64,000 nucleotides of DNA. Origin: the human T2T-CHM13v2.0 reference genome, Homo sapiens. Positions within the stretch are counted from its first letter, which is position 1, and each line of letters begins with the position of its first letter. A program made the position numbers and the translations under genes. Positions 42,900-55,984 of the stretch are shown here, piece after piece. The DNA is taken from the NCBI RefSeq assembly GCF_009914755.1, contig NC_060928.1; one strand, written 5' to 3'. Under the pieces are notes generated by a model, which saw only the letters and a program-made list of their open reading frames with translations, did not search any database and was not told the DNA's origin.

Positions 42900-43537
42900 T
42901 TCCCTGTGTGTGTGAATTTCCCTTGCAAATATGAATGCCTCAAACTTCAGACATAAAGTAAATGTTAGGGGAATTAGGATGTTCATCTTTATAAAATAAG
43001 ACAAGGCCCTAGAGTTACAGTGACTTTGAATTTTACTCTTTTGTAAGAAAATGCCCTGTATCTTAGTGTTTCCATAGAGAACTACAGATGCTACTGCCTG
43101 ACAACAAGCCTAGCTCAGTGGTGGCCACAAGTGTCTCTGTAAGTCACCCCTCCCAACTGACCTAGTTTATCACATCTTCTGAGAAGATAAGCTATTCTTA
43201 GGGCACCCAGGTGCATGGATTGAGCAGACTTTGAAGAGGCTTTTCTGTCACAGGTTAACTTGTGATTAATATTAAATATTGGGTTATTTCATCAAATTTG
43301 CTTCATAGAGATTTCTAAAAGGTCTGCTAGGAGTTCTTTTTTTATCCACTTATATCTAGGTCATGCAACCTTATGAATACAAAATTTCATAATATAAACT
43401 GAAAAGTGTAATTTACTGTTCTATATTAAGAATTTTTAACATGATTATTGACAAGAAAACATTTTATGACTTGACTGGGACAGTTAGAAGTAGATTGGGA
43501 CAAAGTGTACTCATGATACTAAAATAAAGTGAATTTG

Positions 43538-43873
<336 letters not shown>

Positions 43874-43999
43874 TCAACTCTTCTTTAACAAAGTGCAAGA
43901 GGCTCTAAAGCTGGCCAGAGAGAATTTGGCAAAGCTATTTAGAAGACTTGATGTTACTGTGAATTATTAGGAAATCTGTACTTAGTGGGCTGCACAGGT

Positions 44000-44002
<3 letters not shown>

Positions 44003-44043
<41 letters not shown>
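44003..44043. repeat. (TG)20 microsatellite
   Basis: Directly visible. Confidence 0.97.
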
Positions 44044-44046
<3 letters not shown>

Positions 44047-44559
44047 ACTTATATCTGACATTGAATGGGGCTCTCTATTGGGTGGCACAGTACCCCATGG
44101 GCAATTGCCTATGTGTACAACCCATAGGGCAAAAAATAATTAAAAGTCCTAAAATTGCCTTCATTGAGCAATGTCACTTCTCTTTTCTCCCTGTATTTTC
44201 TATTGCTAAACTTCTATTATAAAACAAACCAAGAAGAAAAGAAGCATCATTCCCCTGCTTGGGCCCCAGTTTTCTGATCCTGAGAGTTAAAATGGTTAAT
44301 TGTTAGGCCATATTTCTGGCCATCTTTCTCTTATTAAAGAAGATACCAAGGCATAAAAAAAGTGTCAGAAAAGAATTTTCAAAAGCACTATTAGAGAGGA
44401 AACATTCTTTGGTTTTGCCCTACTTCTCCTTCACGTCTTCCCTTTTTGGTCTTAAACTTAAGTTTGAATTTTGATAATGAAGATTGTTAATACATAGGAA
44501 AGAGAACACATTACTCTCATAAATTGTATATAATGAGGGACTGAAAACTCAGATTGATG

Positions 44560-44765
44560 AGATGCCTACCTTGTAGCAGGCATTCGAGTTTATTGTTTCG
44601 TGTGAAAATATTTCATTAACTTCCCACAAAACCTTGCAATGAAGACAGGATTATGCTCATCTTACAAATGAGCTAAAAAAGATTCTAAGAATTTGAAAGA
44701 CTTGCCCAAGGTCTCTCATCTCCTAAGTGGCAAATCATAGATTAACAGCAGGACTGTCTGATTGC
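44560..44765 (-). mobile_element. MIR
   Basis: CATCTTACAAATGAG..GACTTGCCCAAGGTC..CTAAGTGGCA. Confidence 0.7.
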
Positions 44766-45964
44766 ATTGCATGTAATTTTAATTTTTTCATGCAATGTTT
44801 TCCTCCTTCTCTCTTGAATATATCAATAGAAAGTACTCAGAAATAAAATGTTTTGCATTTGTGCAATAACGGTAACTAAAAAGATACTTTCACAAAATAA
44901 GCTCACAGAAATAATGGCAGGTGGTCCTTCACTATTGACTTTAGTGATGAGGAAATGGAGAGCAGAAAAGCAACTTTCTCCAGGTCTCAAAGAAGGTAGG
45001 GTCTGCAGTTGACTCCCTGTCATTCCCTTTCATTCCAAATCCAGCTATTTTTTTTCTACACCATGCTGCTTTCAAGCTTGTATTTAAATGTGTTTTTAAT
45101 GAAGAAATATTCAGTTTTTCTTTGGCATCAAATATCGTCTTATATGTGTTAGACTTATCCCAAACTGGAATGTGAACATTTCGGGTAGGAGAGAATTGCA
45201 GAGGAGGGCATATTTATTTATACATTAACAGATTTTGAAATGCATTGTCACTTCTGGACAGCAGGTATTTTAGTTGCATCTGGAATGTATTCTTGTGTTA
45301 CTCATGTTTCTAACTTGTCTAAAGCATGCCTTGCCCACTCATAGATGTTGTCAGACAATTCAGATTAGCTATGGTGCCAATGACTTTTCAAAAGAAAATT
45401 ATAGTTTAAAATTATATACCTTAAAAAATAGACCTTTAAAAAATTGTTAGGTTTAATGGGCTGTTTTAATTATTTTAATCTTGCACTTCAGGATGGAAAT
45501 CTTCTCCACTGCCAAGTTAAATCTTCGGAAGAAAATGAAAGATAATTATCATTTTATATTACATGAAAATTAATGATATCATCAACACTTACAAGTTCTT
45601 TCACAAGAAGTTAACCCCTTGCAGTGCTTTAATTTGAAGTAAAAGTCTATTTTAAGCATTTGCCTGTGAGTATATCGTTAGAATTAAAATGGGGTTTTTC
45701 TTTATGTTAAATGTTTTTACATGGCATCCCAAAGGAAAATAAATAATATTAATTAATATACAAGATTCATGAACTAAGAGGGTTTTACCCCTACCTCAAT
45801 TCAAGTTTCCCACCTTAAATAGAATAAATTAAATTTTAATATTTAGGTGAATAAATAAAAGACATACACAGGATGAATGCCTTTCCTCAACCAAATATCA
45901 AGACTAGGTTCAAGTGTACTATGAAGACTCTGGAAGTCTAATACGTTTATGATGGTTATTTTTG

Positions 45965-46215
45965 CTTACTCTCTTTGCATGCCTGCTATGCAGCAGACAC
46001 TGTCATGTGTTTTCATTAATTTTCTCTAATTTTTCATCAATTTGGGGACTACTATATCTACTTATATGTGAGCAATAGACTTATGTATAGAGTCTAACTA
46101 TGTGGAGGCCAAAATGTAGCAAATGTCTTGACTGGGATGACAGCACAACAAAATGTGATCGGAGATTCATTTCTGGATCTGTTTGGCTCAGATATTGATC
46201 TTTATCCTCTAGATC
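45965..46215 (-). mobile_element. MIR fragments
   Basis: TGCCTGCTATGCAGCAGACACTG and reverse MIR core remnants. Confidence 0.5.
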
Positions 46216-46468
46216 GTGATTCCAGGACAAATCATGAAATTTGTCAAAATTAAACTTTATTCCCCACATTGTAGCATTTTTCACCTTTTTAATTACCTTT
46301 TTTTGTGATCCTTTCAGGCAGAATCTAATTCAAGAAAGAAATGTGCCAGTAATCTTAAAGAACCTAATGTGTTTACTTTTCCAGTAACATTTCCTAAAAA
46401 AAAAAAAAAACAAAAAACAACAAAAACTTAATAACCAAAAAAGAACTGTGAGAAGAATAGCAAATGGC

Positions 46469-46564
46469 TAATACATTGTATGGTTAATACATATAATACA
46501 TTGCGTGGTTAATACATATAATATGGTTAATACATATAATACATTGTATGGTTAATACATATAT
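46469..46564. repeat. Minisatellite, ~25-bp unit TGGTTAATACATATAATACATTGTA, about 4 copies
   Basis: Directly visible, one unit internally deleted. Confidence 0.92.
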
Positions 46565-48036
46565 TCCTAAAGTATAATTAAAGAAAGTTATTTAGGGGAT
46601 TTGGTTTCCCAGCATTTAACTCTACCTATTTATCATGTTCATTCTTGAAAGAGCAATTCTTCTCTTTCCATCAAATGCTGCCTATGCATACATTCTTCAG
46701 TACTGAAATTTGCTTTTTGAGCTAGTTGGTGTTTGAGGACACCAATACTCAAGAGTCTCTAGTCCATTTAATTCCAGAAGGCTGTGCCTCTTCCCCCAGC
46801 CACAGCTGCACTTCTAACACAGGATTTGAACTGGAGTCCCCACAGATATTGAATAGCAGGGCAGCAGTAGCTGGTAAGATTCTCAAACTTTAGAGAAGAT
46901 TTAAAAATGTTGCTTAATGTTTAACTTTACTTGTAATATCACGTTTTGTTTTTCCCCCATTGTGATGGGCTTTGGTTTTTAACTTGTCCTGATGCACCTT
47001 GGCAGAGTTTACTTTGGGAGAATGCTCTTCTCGTCCTCTCTTCCCTAAGCTCATGATCCCTGATTTCACTCACACATCCTGACTCCTATGCTTAACTAAA
47101 TCTTCTTCATGTTTGAAAGCAATTGTACATGGATTAATATATCTCTAAAAGACAGAAAAGTAGCAGAAACATTCTAATATTTAACTTCTCTGCAACATTC
47201 GATACTATTGTCCGTAATACTTCCCACTCTTAAACTTGAACTTCTGAACTCACTTCCTGAAACTTGTAATAGGCAGAATAATGACCTCCCAAAGACATCC
47301 TATTCCCCAGAACCCGTGAAGATACTAACTTTTCAATCTACCAAAATTATTGGATGTCTATGCACAAGCATAAAAGATTACCCCAATAGCATTTCTGCCT
47401 GCGTTCAGGGGATCCCATCTATGGGAAATTCTCATAAACATATTGAACTTAGTTTGTCCTAAATAAATTTTTTTATCTCTTACAAAGACCATACTTCTGC
47501 TCCCAAATGACTTATTTCTTGGGTTCCCTAAATTGTTTGGTCGTGTTATAATCTACCTAATCCAAAAAGGCAGACATCTCCTGAATGTTAATATGCCTCT
47601 CTTGCAGAAAATTCAGTCATTTCTAGCACTCAAATACAGCAACTCTTCAACACTTTCACTTAATTACTGCCCTACTTCAAAGTCTCATTATTTCTATGCT
47701 AAACCACTGAAAATAGTATATCTTGATATTATAAGAGGAATAAAGTCATTCACTTTTAAAAATAGAATGCCTACAATATGCTAAAGACAAGGAGGTATGT
47801 GTTTTGTGTGTATGGCAACTGGGATAGAATTTTTTTGTGGAGTCTCTGTATTCTCCAAGGAGAAAAAATATAGATTGATGGTGGAGAACCTCACAAGGGC
47901 TTAAGTTCAGATTTCAAGATATCTGGTTGATTATAATTGGTAAATTTAAATAATCAGACCCACGTTGACATTTGCAGAATCATCAATAATTTTTCTTATT
48001 AGTATTTCTTATTTGTTTTTATTTTCACAGTATCAC

Positions 48037-48358
48037 TTTGAGACTTGTAAGAATTCATCCAAACTCATCCAATGCTTAAGTATGGAACTATGGCTCTCAT
48101 TTCAGTGTTCCATTTCATTTCCACAATATTACTTGTAGACTTCTATAAACACTCATCCAATGCTTGAGTATGGAACTATGGCTCTAATTGCAGTGTTCCA
48201 TTCTATATTTAAGCAAAGCTATGCAAAATGTCACATTGAACTTTGAAAAATTAAAATGTTAATAATTTTTATGAATAATTGCCTAATTTGCACAATCTTT
48301 GGTTTAATTTGAATACTGTACTGATTATACAAGCCTTTGAATAATTCATATGTAGACC
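48037..48358 (+). repeat. Copy A of a 322-bp dispersed direct repeat (partner 50566-50887)
   Basis: Ungapped alignment, about 12 mismatches in 322 bp by eye. Confidence 0.95.
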
Positions 48359-49029
48359 TTCTCCATTATCCTGACAATCAGAGTTCTACACTGGTTCCAA
48401 AAACCTGCCTTATGACAATATTTTCTAGTATGATTGGGGATAAAGTATGATATTAATTATTTTTGAGGAAGAAAAGTAAGTGAAGAAGAGTACCTGCAGA
48501 AAATTAATTCACAAATTTCTGTTTCAGGTGAGCTTTTTAAAAACATACATAAAGATATCTTTGACATTTTATTTTTTACTGATTTTTCTGTCTAGTTACC
48601 TTATGAGCACTGTAAATGTATATGTAAATTTCTTTGTCTAACAGATAATCAAGATTAAAAACCTGACAACACAGTTGACTATAATCATAGTCTTTATTCT
48701 CTGATAGGAGAGGTCTTACATGCTACTTGGGTTTTTGCAAATTGGATATATTGTAAAGCTTTGTTTGTAAAATTCTCAATGTCAGGCCAATAAATGCACA
48801 TATAGTTCAAAAAACCCAGCTGTCTGCTCTCCAAAAATACCCTCAAGCTTATTGTTAGAAGTATTCAGCTTTACCTTTAATCTTCCCATCACCTGGACAC
48901 AATCCTTTTAGCATAGCGAGACATCCTTGCGCCAGTATAGTATAGATCTCCATCCTAGAGAAGTATGATCCACATGAAAATGTAACTCAGTTCCACATTG
49001 TACTGAAATATTTTACTGATATCAGATTA

Positions 49030-49255
49030 TCTGGGGTGAAATCACTCTCTGCCCCTCAGTTACTCTGAGATCTTGAACAAGTTACTTAACCTCTCTAAAC
49101 TTTAGTTTTGTCATACATAACAGTTGGGGAATGACGGCAATAATAATACCTGTTGTATACGTTTTGTTTAAGTGAGAAATTTATAAAATAAACTATATTA
49201 AGATTTAGCATACTACACAGCAGGAGTAAAAGCCAAATAAATGTGGTTTATTGTT
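49030..49255 (+). mobile_element. MIR
   Basis: TCTTGAACAAGTTACTTAACCTCTCTAAACTTTAGTTTTGTCAT. Confidence 0.8.
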
Positions 49256-49371
49256 TCCTTTATTAATGTTTCACACACATTCCTTTTATCTCATAATTTT
49301 TATCTTTTGGATTATGTCTCATCTATTTTGCAGATGGAAAATGGTCTGAGGAATGGCAGCCATTTCTTCTT

Positions 49372-49576
49372 TAGTAGTTCTGGATTCTGACAGACCATGA
49401 AATTCACCAGTAGATACCCTAAACATTTAAACTCTCAGCCTCTTTATTCAACTCTCCCCTTCTCCCCCACTCCCTCCAATTCTGATTCAATATGTTCTGG
49501 GAGACAGATAAGAAATCTGTATTTTTTTAAGTCCTCCCAGTAGATTTTCATAATCAGCCTCATTGAGAACCTCCTG
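49372..49576. mobile_element. MER5-like hAT MITE
   Basis: ATTCTGATTCAAT..AAGAAATCTGTATTTTTTTAAG..CCCAGTAGATTTT..TTGAGAACC. Confidence 0.6.
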
Positions 49577-50565
49577 CTCTTAATCATGAGTATTCAACCT
49601 AGGCTTCAGGGAAACCATAAGCATCCTAAATGCATTTGTAAAGCCTTGTGTGGCTGGCATTTGGTCATTTTCCTGGAAAAATTGTTTGTCAAATTTTAGC
49701 TATCAAAATGTGAAACAATATTCTAAATTCACCTATCTCTACACCTGGAGAGTAAGACAAAGAGAGAGCCACAAACTTGTAATGTATGGATTTGATGTCC
49801 TGTATAAATTGTGTCTACCACAAGGTGATTTTCTTTACATCTGTATCAAAAGATAGTATAATGAATAACACCATAAAATTGACCTCCTTAATAAGTTAAA
49901 GGTGTTTTATAGAAATATGTCACTATAATAATTTTTGGCCTTAGGACCAGGAATACATGATTTTCTTTTAAATGTTAGTTATATTTTCCATACAGGCATG
50001 GTGAAACATTTTTTTTTCCTTTGGCAAAATCCACAACTAGCAAATAAATATGTTGGAAAGAGTTTACCTAGTCCTAACCTCATTTGTCTTTCTTATTGAC
50101 TTCATCATCTATTCACTGTCTATTTTATTTTATCTTACAGTAATAAATCTTAAAGCTTCTCTTAAATAAGATGTGGTGTAAATATGTTAATATGTAATAC
50201 ACTTAGGTTTTTTTTAATGTTATACATCTGATGAGTGTAAACATTCTTAATGAAATAATTATTCTAAGTGAATTACTTATCAATGACAAAGATTATAATC
50301 AATAGAAGTAATTGATTTTAATTTTGTAAAATAGAAACATAATTTTATAGTAGGAGTGAATTTAAAGGTTGATATAAACTTGTTTTTCTTTCTATTTTAT
50401 TACACCCTTACAAATACATGCTTTATTATTCAATATAGGTCCTGAAAATACTATAAATAAGTTAATTAAAATGGCAAATACTATAGGTATATATATTATT
50501 TAAAGTGCACTATGTAACATTTTAGATAGACAACTGATAACACTAAGTTTTCAATATTTTCAATA

Positions 50566-50887
50566 TTTGAGACTTGTAAGAATTCATCCAAAATCATCCA
50601 ATGCTTAAGCATGGAACTATGGCTCTGATTTCAGTGTTCCATTTCATTTCCACAATATTACTTGTAGACTTCTATAAACACTCATCCAATGCTTGAGTAT
50701 GGAACTATGGCTCTAATTGCAGTGTTCCATGCTATGTTTAAGCAAAGCTATGCAAAATGTCACATCCAACTCTGAAAAATTAAAATGTTAATAATTTTTA
50801 TGAATAATTGCCTAATATACACATTCTTGGGTTTAATTTGAATACTGTACTGATTATACAAGCCTTTGAATAATTCATATGTAGACC
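50566..50887 (+). repeat. Copy B of the 322-bp direct repeat
   Basis: Aligns to 48037-48358; preceded by tandem TTTTCAATA x2. Confidence 0.95.
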
Positions 50888-51003
50888 ATTTGTTTTTCTC
50901 ATTTCAAAGTTTTCCTGATGGATCCCTATAACAAGAGAAAAATTGTTCTATTGGGGCCCCAGGTCCAAGAACAAAGGACAAATTTAAATTAATAGTAAAT
51001 GAT

Positions 51004-51166
51004 GGTTGGGTGCAATGTCTCATGCCTGTAATCCCAGCACATTGGGAGGCTAAGGAGAAAGGCTTTCTTGAGCCCAACGTCTGAGGCTGCATTGAGCTGA
51101 GATGGTGCCAATGTATTCTGCCTCGGCAAAAGAGCAAGACCTTGTCTCTAAAATAATAATAATAAA
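51004..51166 (+). mobile_element. Free Alu monomer (FAM/FRAM-like)
   Basis: Single-arm Alu with A tail. Confidence 0.8.
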
Positions 51167-51902
51167 GAATGGTCATGTCATTTTTATAGAAACCTAGAAT
51201 CATGTCATTTTTATAGAAACCCAGAACCTAGCTGAAAAATTGACCTTTTTTGCCCATATATATCTGTTACTATATAGTAGACAGGATTATTTCACCAGTG
51301 GAGAAAGTGTGATGTTGGCTAATTAGGATGGTATCTTTACTTGGGAAAGAATAGAACGAAAGAGAGGATAGCGGATTAATTCCTGAATCAAGAGATAGTG
51401 ACAGGTCCGGTTATAAACACTCATAACATTGACTGACCCATGCCGAAAGGTATATTGGTCTTTGTGATAGCTAACTCTGTGTTTCAACTTGAGTGAGCTA
51501 AGGGATGCCCAGATAGCTGGTAAACAAATTATTTTTGGATGTGCCTGTGAAGGTGTTTCCAGAAGAGAATAGTATTTGAATCGGTAGACTGAGTAAAGAT
51601 GATCTACCTTTGCCAATGTGGCTGGAATCATCCAAGCCACTGAGGGATGGAATAGAAAAAAGAGGTAAAGAAAGGACACATTCTCTCTCTCCTTGGGCTG
51701 GGACGTTCATTTTTTCCCTGCCCTTGGACATGAGAGCTCCTGGTTCTCTGGCCTTTGAATCCCATGGCACAGTTCTCAGGCTTTTGGCCTCAAATGGAAT
51801 TATACCCCTGGCTCTTTCCCGAGTCTCCAGAAGTTAGTATATCATGGGACTTCGCCTTCATAATTGCATGAGCAAATTCTCATAATAAATCTCCTCTTAT
51901 GT

Positions 51903-52226
51903 ACAGTTGGTCTTCTGTACATATGAGTTCCATATTTATGAACCCAACCAACCATAGATCAAAACTATTCAGAAAAAAATGTAAGAATGAAATCGTAAAA
52001 TATAATACAAATTTTTAAAATATGGTATGGCATCTATTTACCTACCACTTAGATTGTATTGGGTATTATTAGTAATCTAAAGATCATTCAAAGTATATAG
52101 CAGGATTTACATAGGTCATATGAAAATACAACATCGTTTTATATAAGAGACTTGAGCATCCACAAATTTTGGTATCCATGGGGGGGTGTCCTGGTACCAA
52201 TCCCTGTGGATACTAAGATATGACTG
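51903..52226 (-). mobile_element. MER2 Tigger MITE
   Basis: GACTTGAGCATCCACAAATTTTGGTATCCATGG..TCCTGGTACCAATCCC; TA flanks. Confidence 0.85.
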
Positions 52227-52235
52227 TATGTCTAT

Positions 52236-52861
52236 TGTGAACCCAACAGTATCTGAGACAGATTTCAATCAATTTAGAAAGCTTATTTTGCCAAGGTTAA
52301 GGATGTGTCGGTGACACAGCTTCAGAGGTCCTGACATGTGCCCAAGGTGGTCGGGGCACAGCTTGGTTTTATGCATTTTAGGGAGACATGAGGCATCAAT
52401 CAATAGATGTAAGATGTACATTAGTTAGGACAAGAAAGGCAGGATAACTTGAAGCAGGGAAGGGGGCTTCCAGGTTACAGGTAGATAAGAGGGAATTGGT
52501 TGCACTCTTTTGAGTCTCTGATTAGCCTTTCAGTGAATACACAATTTACATAGAGGAGGGCAGAGGAATAGTCACTTATGCCTTAGTCTGGCTTAGTGAA
52601 GCAATAGGGCAGAGGAAGCCGTCAGATATGCATTTGTCTCAGATGAGCAGAGGGATGATTTTGAGTTCTGTCTGTCCTTTGCCTACGAGCAATTTCCTTG
52701 TGCGCAAACTGTGAGGAAGGTATGTAGCTTTTTTTTTTCTTTTTTTGTCTTTGTATAATAGCTATCTTATTTAGGAATAAAATGGAGGCAGGCACTTTCC
52801 AGCTTGACTTTTCCCTTTGATTTAGTGATTTGGGGGTCCCGAGATTTATTTTCCTTTCAGA
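52236..52861 (-). mobile_element. MER4A-like ERV1 solo LTR
   Basis: Reverse start T.TGAAAGGAAAATAAATCTCGGGACCCCCAAATCACTAA; 4-bp TSD CTAT (52232-52235 / 52862-52865). Confidence 0.88.
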
Positions 52862-54085
52862 CTATATATATATCCTATTGGTCTGTTTCTCAGGCAAACC
52901 CTGACCAATACAGTATTGAAATATTAAAAACGAAAGCTCACAGTATCTCTCGCCCATCTGGCTTTAGCCTTATAAACTGCACATCCACCAATCTTGTCTT
53001 GCACTGAATCCTGTATGGACATTGACTCAATAAACATCTACTGAATCTACCGAGGATGTTGTATTTGTAAGTTATTTTGTTAGGCTCTCTTCTGTTTTGG
53101 CACAAATAAGCCAATGTCAATGAGAGAAATAAAGACAGGTAGAGACAAAGAAGAAGATACAAAAACAGAGAAAAAAAGGCACAAAGGCACAAAGCCAGCT
53201 GAGACATAGATAGAGAAATAGAAAGATCAGTAAGGAATTAAGAGGCATAAAAGAAGGTAGAAAAGAATGTGAGAAAATTAAAGAGGAAAAGAAAAAAGTT
53301 CATACAGTACCTGTTTTACATATGAACTACCACCACCAACAAAAAACTAATAGAATTTAACTGGTAGTCAAGCTCTGATTACAAACATATTTTTTGGGAA
53401 AAGAATAGTAGAGTACTGGTGGCATGATTATAATCACACAAATGCCATTATTTCATATGCATCTATTGCTGAGAGCAAGTCTCTTCTTCATTTTATTTGA
53501 AAATTTGGTTTATAATATGCAGTGATCCATCATCTGTAAGAGAAATGTGCGGAAAGATAAATTGTACAGTGGTCTGACAAATCTTATTAAAGTAACATAT
53601 AGAAGAGGAAAAATTAACAGCTATTCCATTATAAATGTCAAATCCACAGTGCCACTTTCTTCGTAACTATTGTATTTCCATTCCTTTCTCATTAATTCTT
53701 AGTCCTTATGAAATAGTTTTCATTGGTTGATCAGTCATGTATATCCATAAACTTCTAATCAAATATGTCACTATTGCCTTTAATTTATAAACATTATTGC
53801 AAAAAGTCAGTGAAAATTTTGTTTCTTTCTGAAAAAAGTGGACAAGTGTATACCTAAAATTAATCATACTGGTCTTTTAAAGTATTGAAACATTTTCCTT
53901 TTTTTTTTTTCAAATTTGGTCCACCTAATTAAGTACATTGTCAAAAGAACAGAAAAAAAATCACTATATTAATATTTTCAGAAAGTTTACAACAAAATAA
54001 CTTACTTTATATTGTCTAAATTTTTTAGCGAGAAGATTGATATTTAGATGATAGTCTGATTAGCCTGTTGGTGGATGATGTTTAT

Positions 54086-54448
54086 TGATATGGTTTTGCT
54101 AGGTCCCCACCCAAATCTCATCTTGAATTGTAGCTCCCATAATCCCCACATGAGGGACCCAGTAGGAGTTAATTGAATCATGAGAGGGGAGGTTTCCTAC
54201 GCTGTTCTTATGATAGTGAATAAGTCTCACGAGATCTGTTGGTTTGATAGAGGGTAGTTTCCCTGCATTCACACACTTTCTTGACTGCCACCATGTAAGA
54301 TGTGCCTTTGCTCCTCCTTCACCTTCCACCATGATTGTGAGGCCTCCCCAGCCATGTGAAACTATGAGTCCGTTAAACCTCTTTTTCTTTATAAATTACC
54401 CAGTCCTGGGTATTTCTTCGTAGCAGTGTGAACATGGGCTAATATACA
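54086..54448 (+). mobile_element. THE1 (THE1C/D-like) LTR
   Basis: TGATATGGTTT..CCCCACCCAAATCTCATCTTGAATTGTAGCTCCCATAATCCCCAC; CCATGATTGTGAGGCCTCCCCAGCCATGTG. Confidence 0.92.
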
Positions 54449-54580
54449 TTAGTACTGTAACTTTTTTACACAGCACTTTTTTTCACTCTCCTTTCTTTTG
54501 GATCTGTTGGTGAATAACCTGTTTTCATCCATGTGAGGATATGACAGAGGCAGAAACAGTCAGTCAGGATTTTTTCTAAA

Positions 54581-55172
54581 TAGAGTGGATTGAAAATAGT
54601 CACAAATACTTTGCTACTCTGCCCACTGAGAAGTGGAATTTAATTTCCATTCTCTTGACTCCAGGCTGGCCTTAGTGACTTGCTTGACCAATAAAATACA
54701 ATAGAGGTGATGCTTTGCCAATCTGGGGCCTAGGCTTCAGGAGAAATGACAGTTTCCCCATTGTTTACCTGGAACCATGAGTGACCATGTAAGAAAGCCA
54801 ACTAGCCTGAATAGTATGTTAAGAATAATATGTTAAGACATTGTAATGGAAGGAGGAGCCCCCACCACATAGATATTCCACATGGAAGCACCCAAATGCC
54901 AGTCCTATTCTAACATTAAGCCTCCTAGCCATCTTCACAAAAACAGCAGATATGTGCATGAACTCATCTTGCATTCTCCAGTCGAGGGGACCAGTCAGCT
55001 GAACACTACCAAATAACCTGTGTTAACACAACTTTCTATAACTTTCTTGTTAATAGAAAATTCTTGCCTAAATGTATGACCTAGAAAATTGTAAGATATA
55101 ATAAATTCCATATTGTTTTAAGCTACAATATTTTGGGGTATGGTTATATTAGGTTTGATAAATGAATAATAA
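54581..55172 (+). mobile_element. MLT1G/H-like LTR
   Basis: GGCTGGCCTTAGTGACTTGCTTGACCAATA; TTGTTTTAAGCTACAATATTTTGGGGTA. Confidence 0.7.
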
Positions 55173-55868
55173 AAGCAAGATATTGTCTTTCTGCTGGAGT
55201 TGTGAAATGGAGATTACCTGAACATACAGAAAGCAAGCTGGCTAGAGGCATGCCCACTCATTAATTAAGTGAAACCCAATAAATTCATTTGGGTTTTAAT
55301 ACTTACAAAATCAGATAGCTTGACTTTTAGTATTTGTAAACTTAAATAACATGATTGGCAAATCATCTTTATAATAAGTTAAAACCCCAACTTTGCTAAT
55401 ATTAGTAATAGTTCTCTAGTAGCTGTAACTTCCAATATCCATAGTCTACAAACACATGATACAAAATAACACATTTAGGGACATTTTGATGTCAATAATG
55501 ATGTGGAAAATTCCATAGAATTTGCACATCCCTTCATTAGATATGAGGTAACTCTTACTAGTTCAGCCTTTATATTATTTTACTATCCTGGGTGAGGGCA
55601 TTTCTTCCTTCATTTTTTGCTTCCATTACAATGTCTTAATATACAATTCTTGCTCATTTTCTCTTTTCCAGATATGAAACTGCAGTGATTATTTCCCTAT
55701 AATTTCTCTATTTCTCTCCTATATAAACTTATACCTCCAATCACTAACAATTTTTCTATCTCCACTTACCCATTTTCAACTACTTTCTTCTATTTTTAAT
55801 AATTCTTATAACTTGCAACACAAATTGCCTAAAAACAAAGATGTTTTAACTTAATTTCTTTTTCTGGC

Positions 55869-55869
<1 letters not shown>

Positions 55870-55901
<32 letters not shown>

Positions 55902-55922
55902 GGGGGGGGCAATGTGGGGGGG
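55870..55922. repeat. (CT)n(GT)n followed by G runs
   Basis: Directly visible. Confidence 0.9.
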
Positions 55923-55984
55923 TTCTCATATTTCACTAATTAGTGTTTGCAAACACTGTTCATGCTTTATCGTCATCATCACCA

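Larger units (their letters stand above)
51463..52912 (+). mobile_element. MLT2B-like ERVL LTR interrupted by MER2 and MER4A
   Basis: GCTAAGGGATGCCCAGATAGCTGGTAAA; 3' end ATCCTATTGGTCTGTTTCT..AACCCTGACCAATACA resumes at ~52866. Confidence 0.85.

Noticed and set aside
42888-42922. Duplicated GAATTTCCC as NF-kB sites
   Set aside because: GGGAAATTCA mismatches the consensus end, and slippage at the TG microsatellite edge explains the duplication
48063-50730. Four 52-bp stem-loop-containing repeats with a 36-bp spacer resembling a CRISPR array
   Set aside because: Primate DNA, only two units per cluster, the spacer is identical in both clusters and partly homologous to the flank, and no cas genes; nested duplications explain it
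48037-50887. 322-bp direct repeats as LTRs of a novel retroelement
   Set aside because: No shared TG..CA termini, no TSD, no PBS or PPT, and the interior contains ancient MIR and MER5 far older than the repeats
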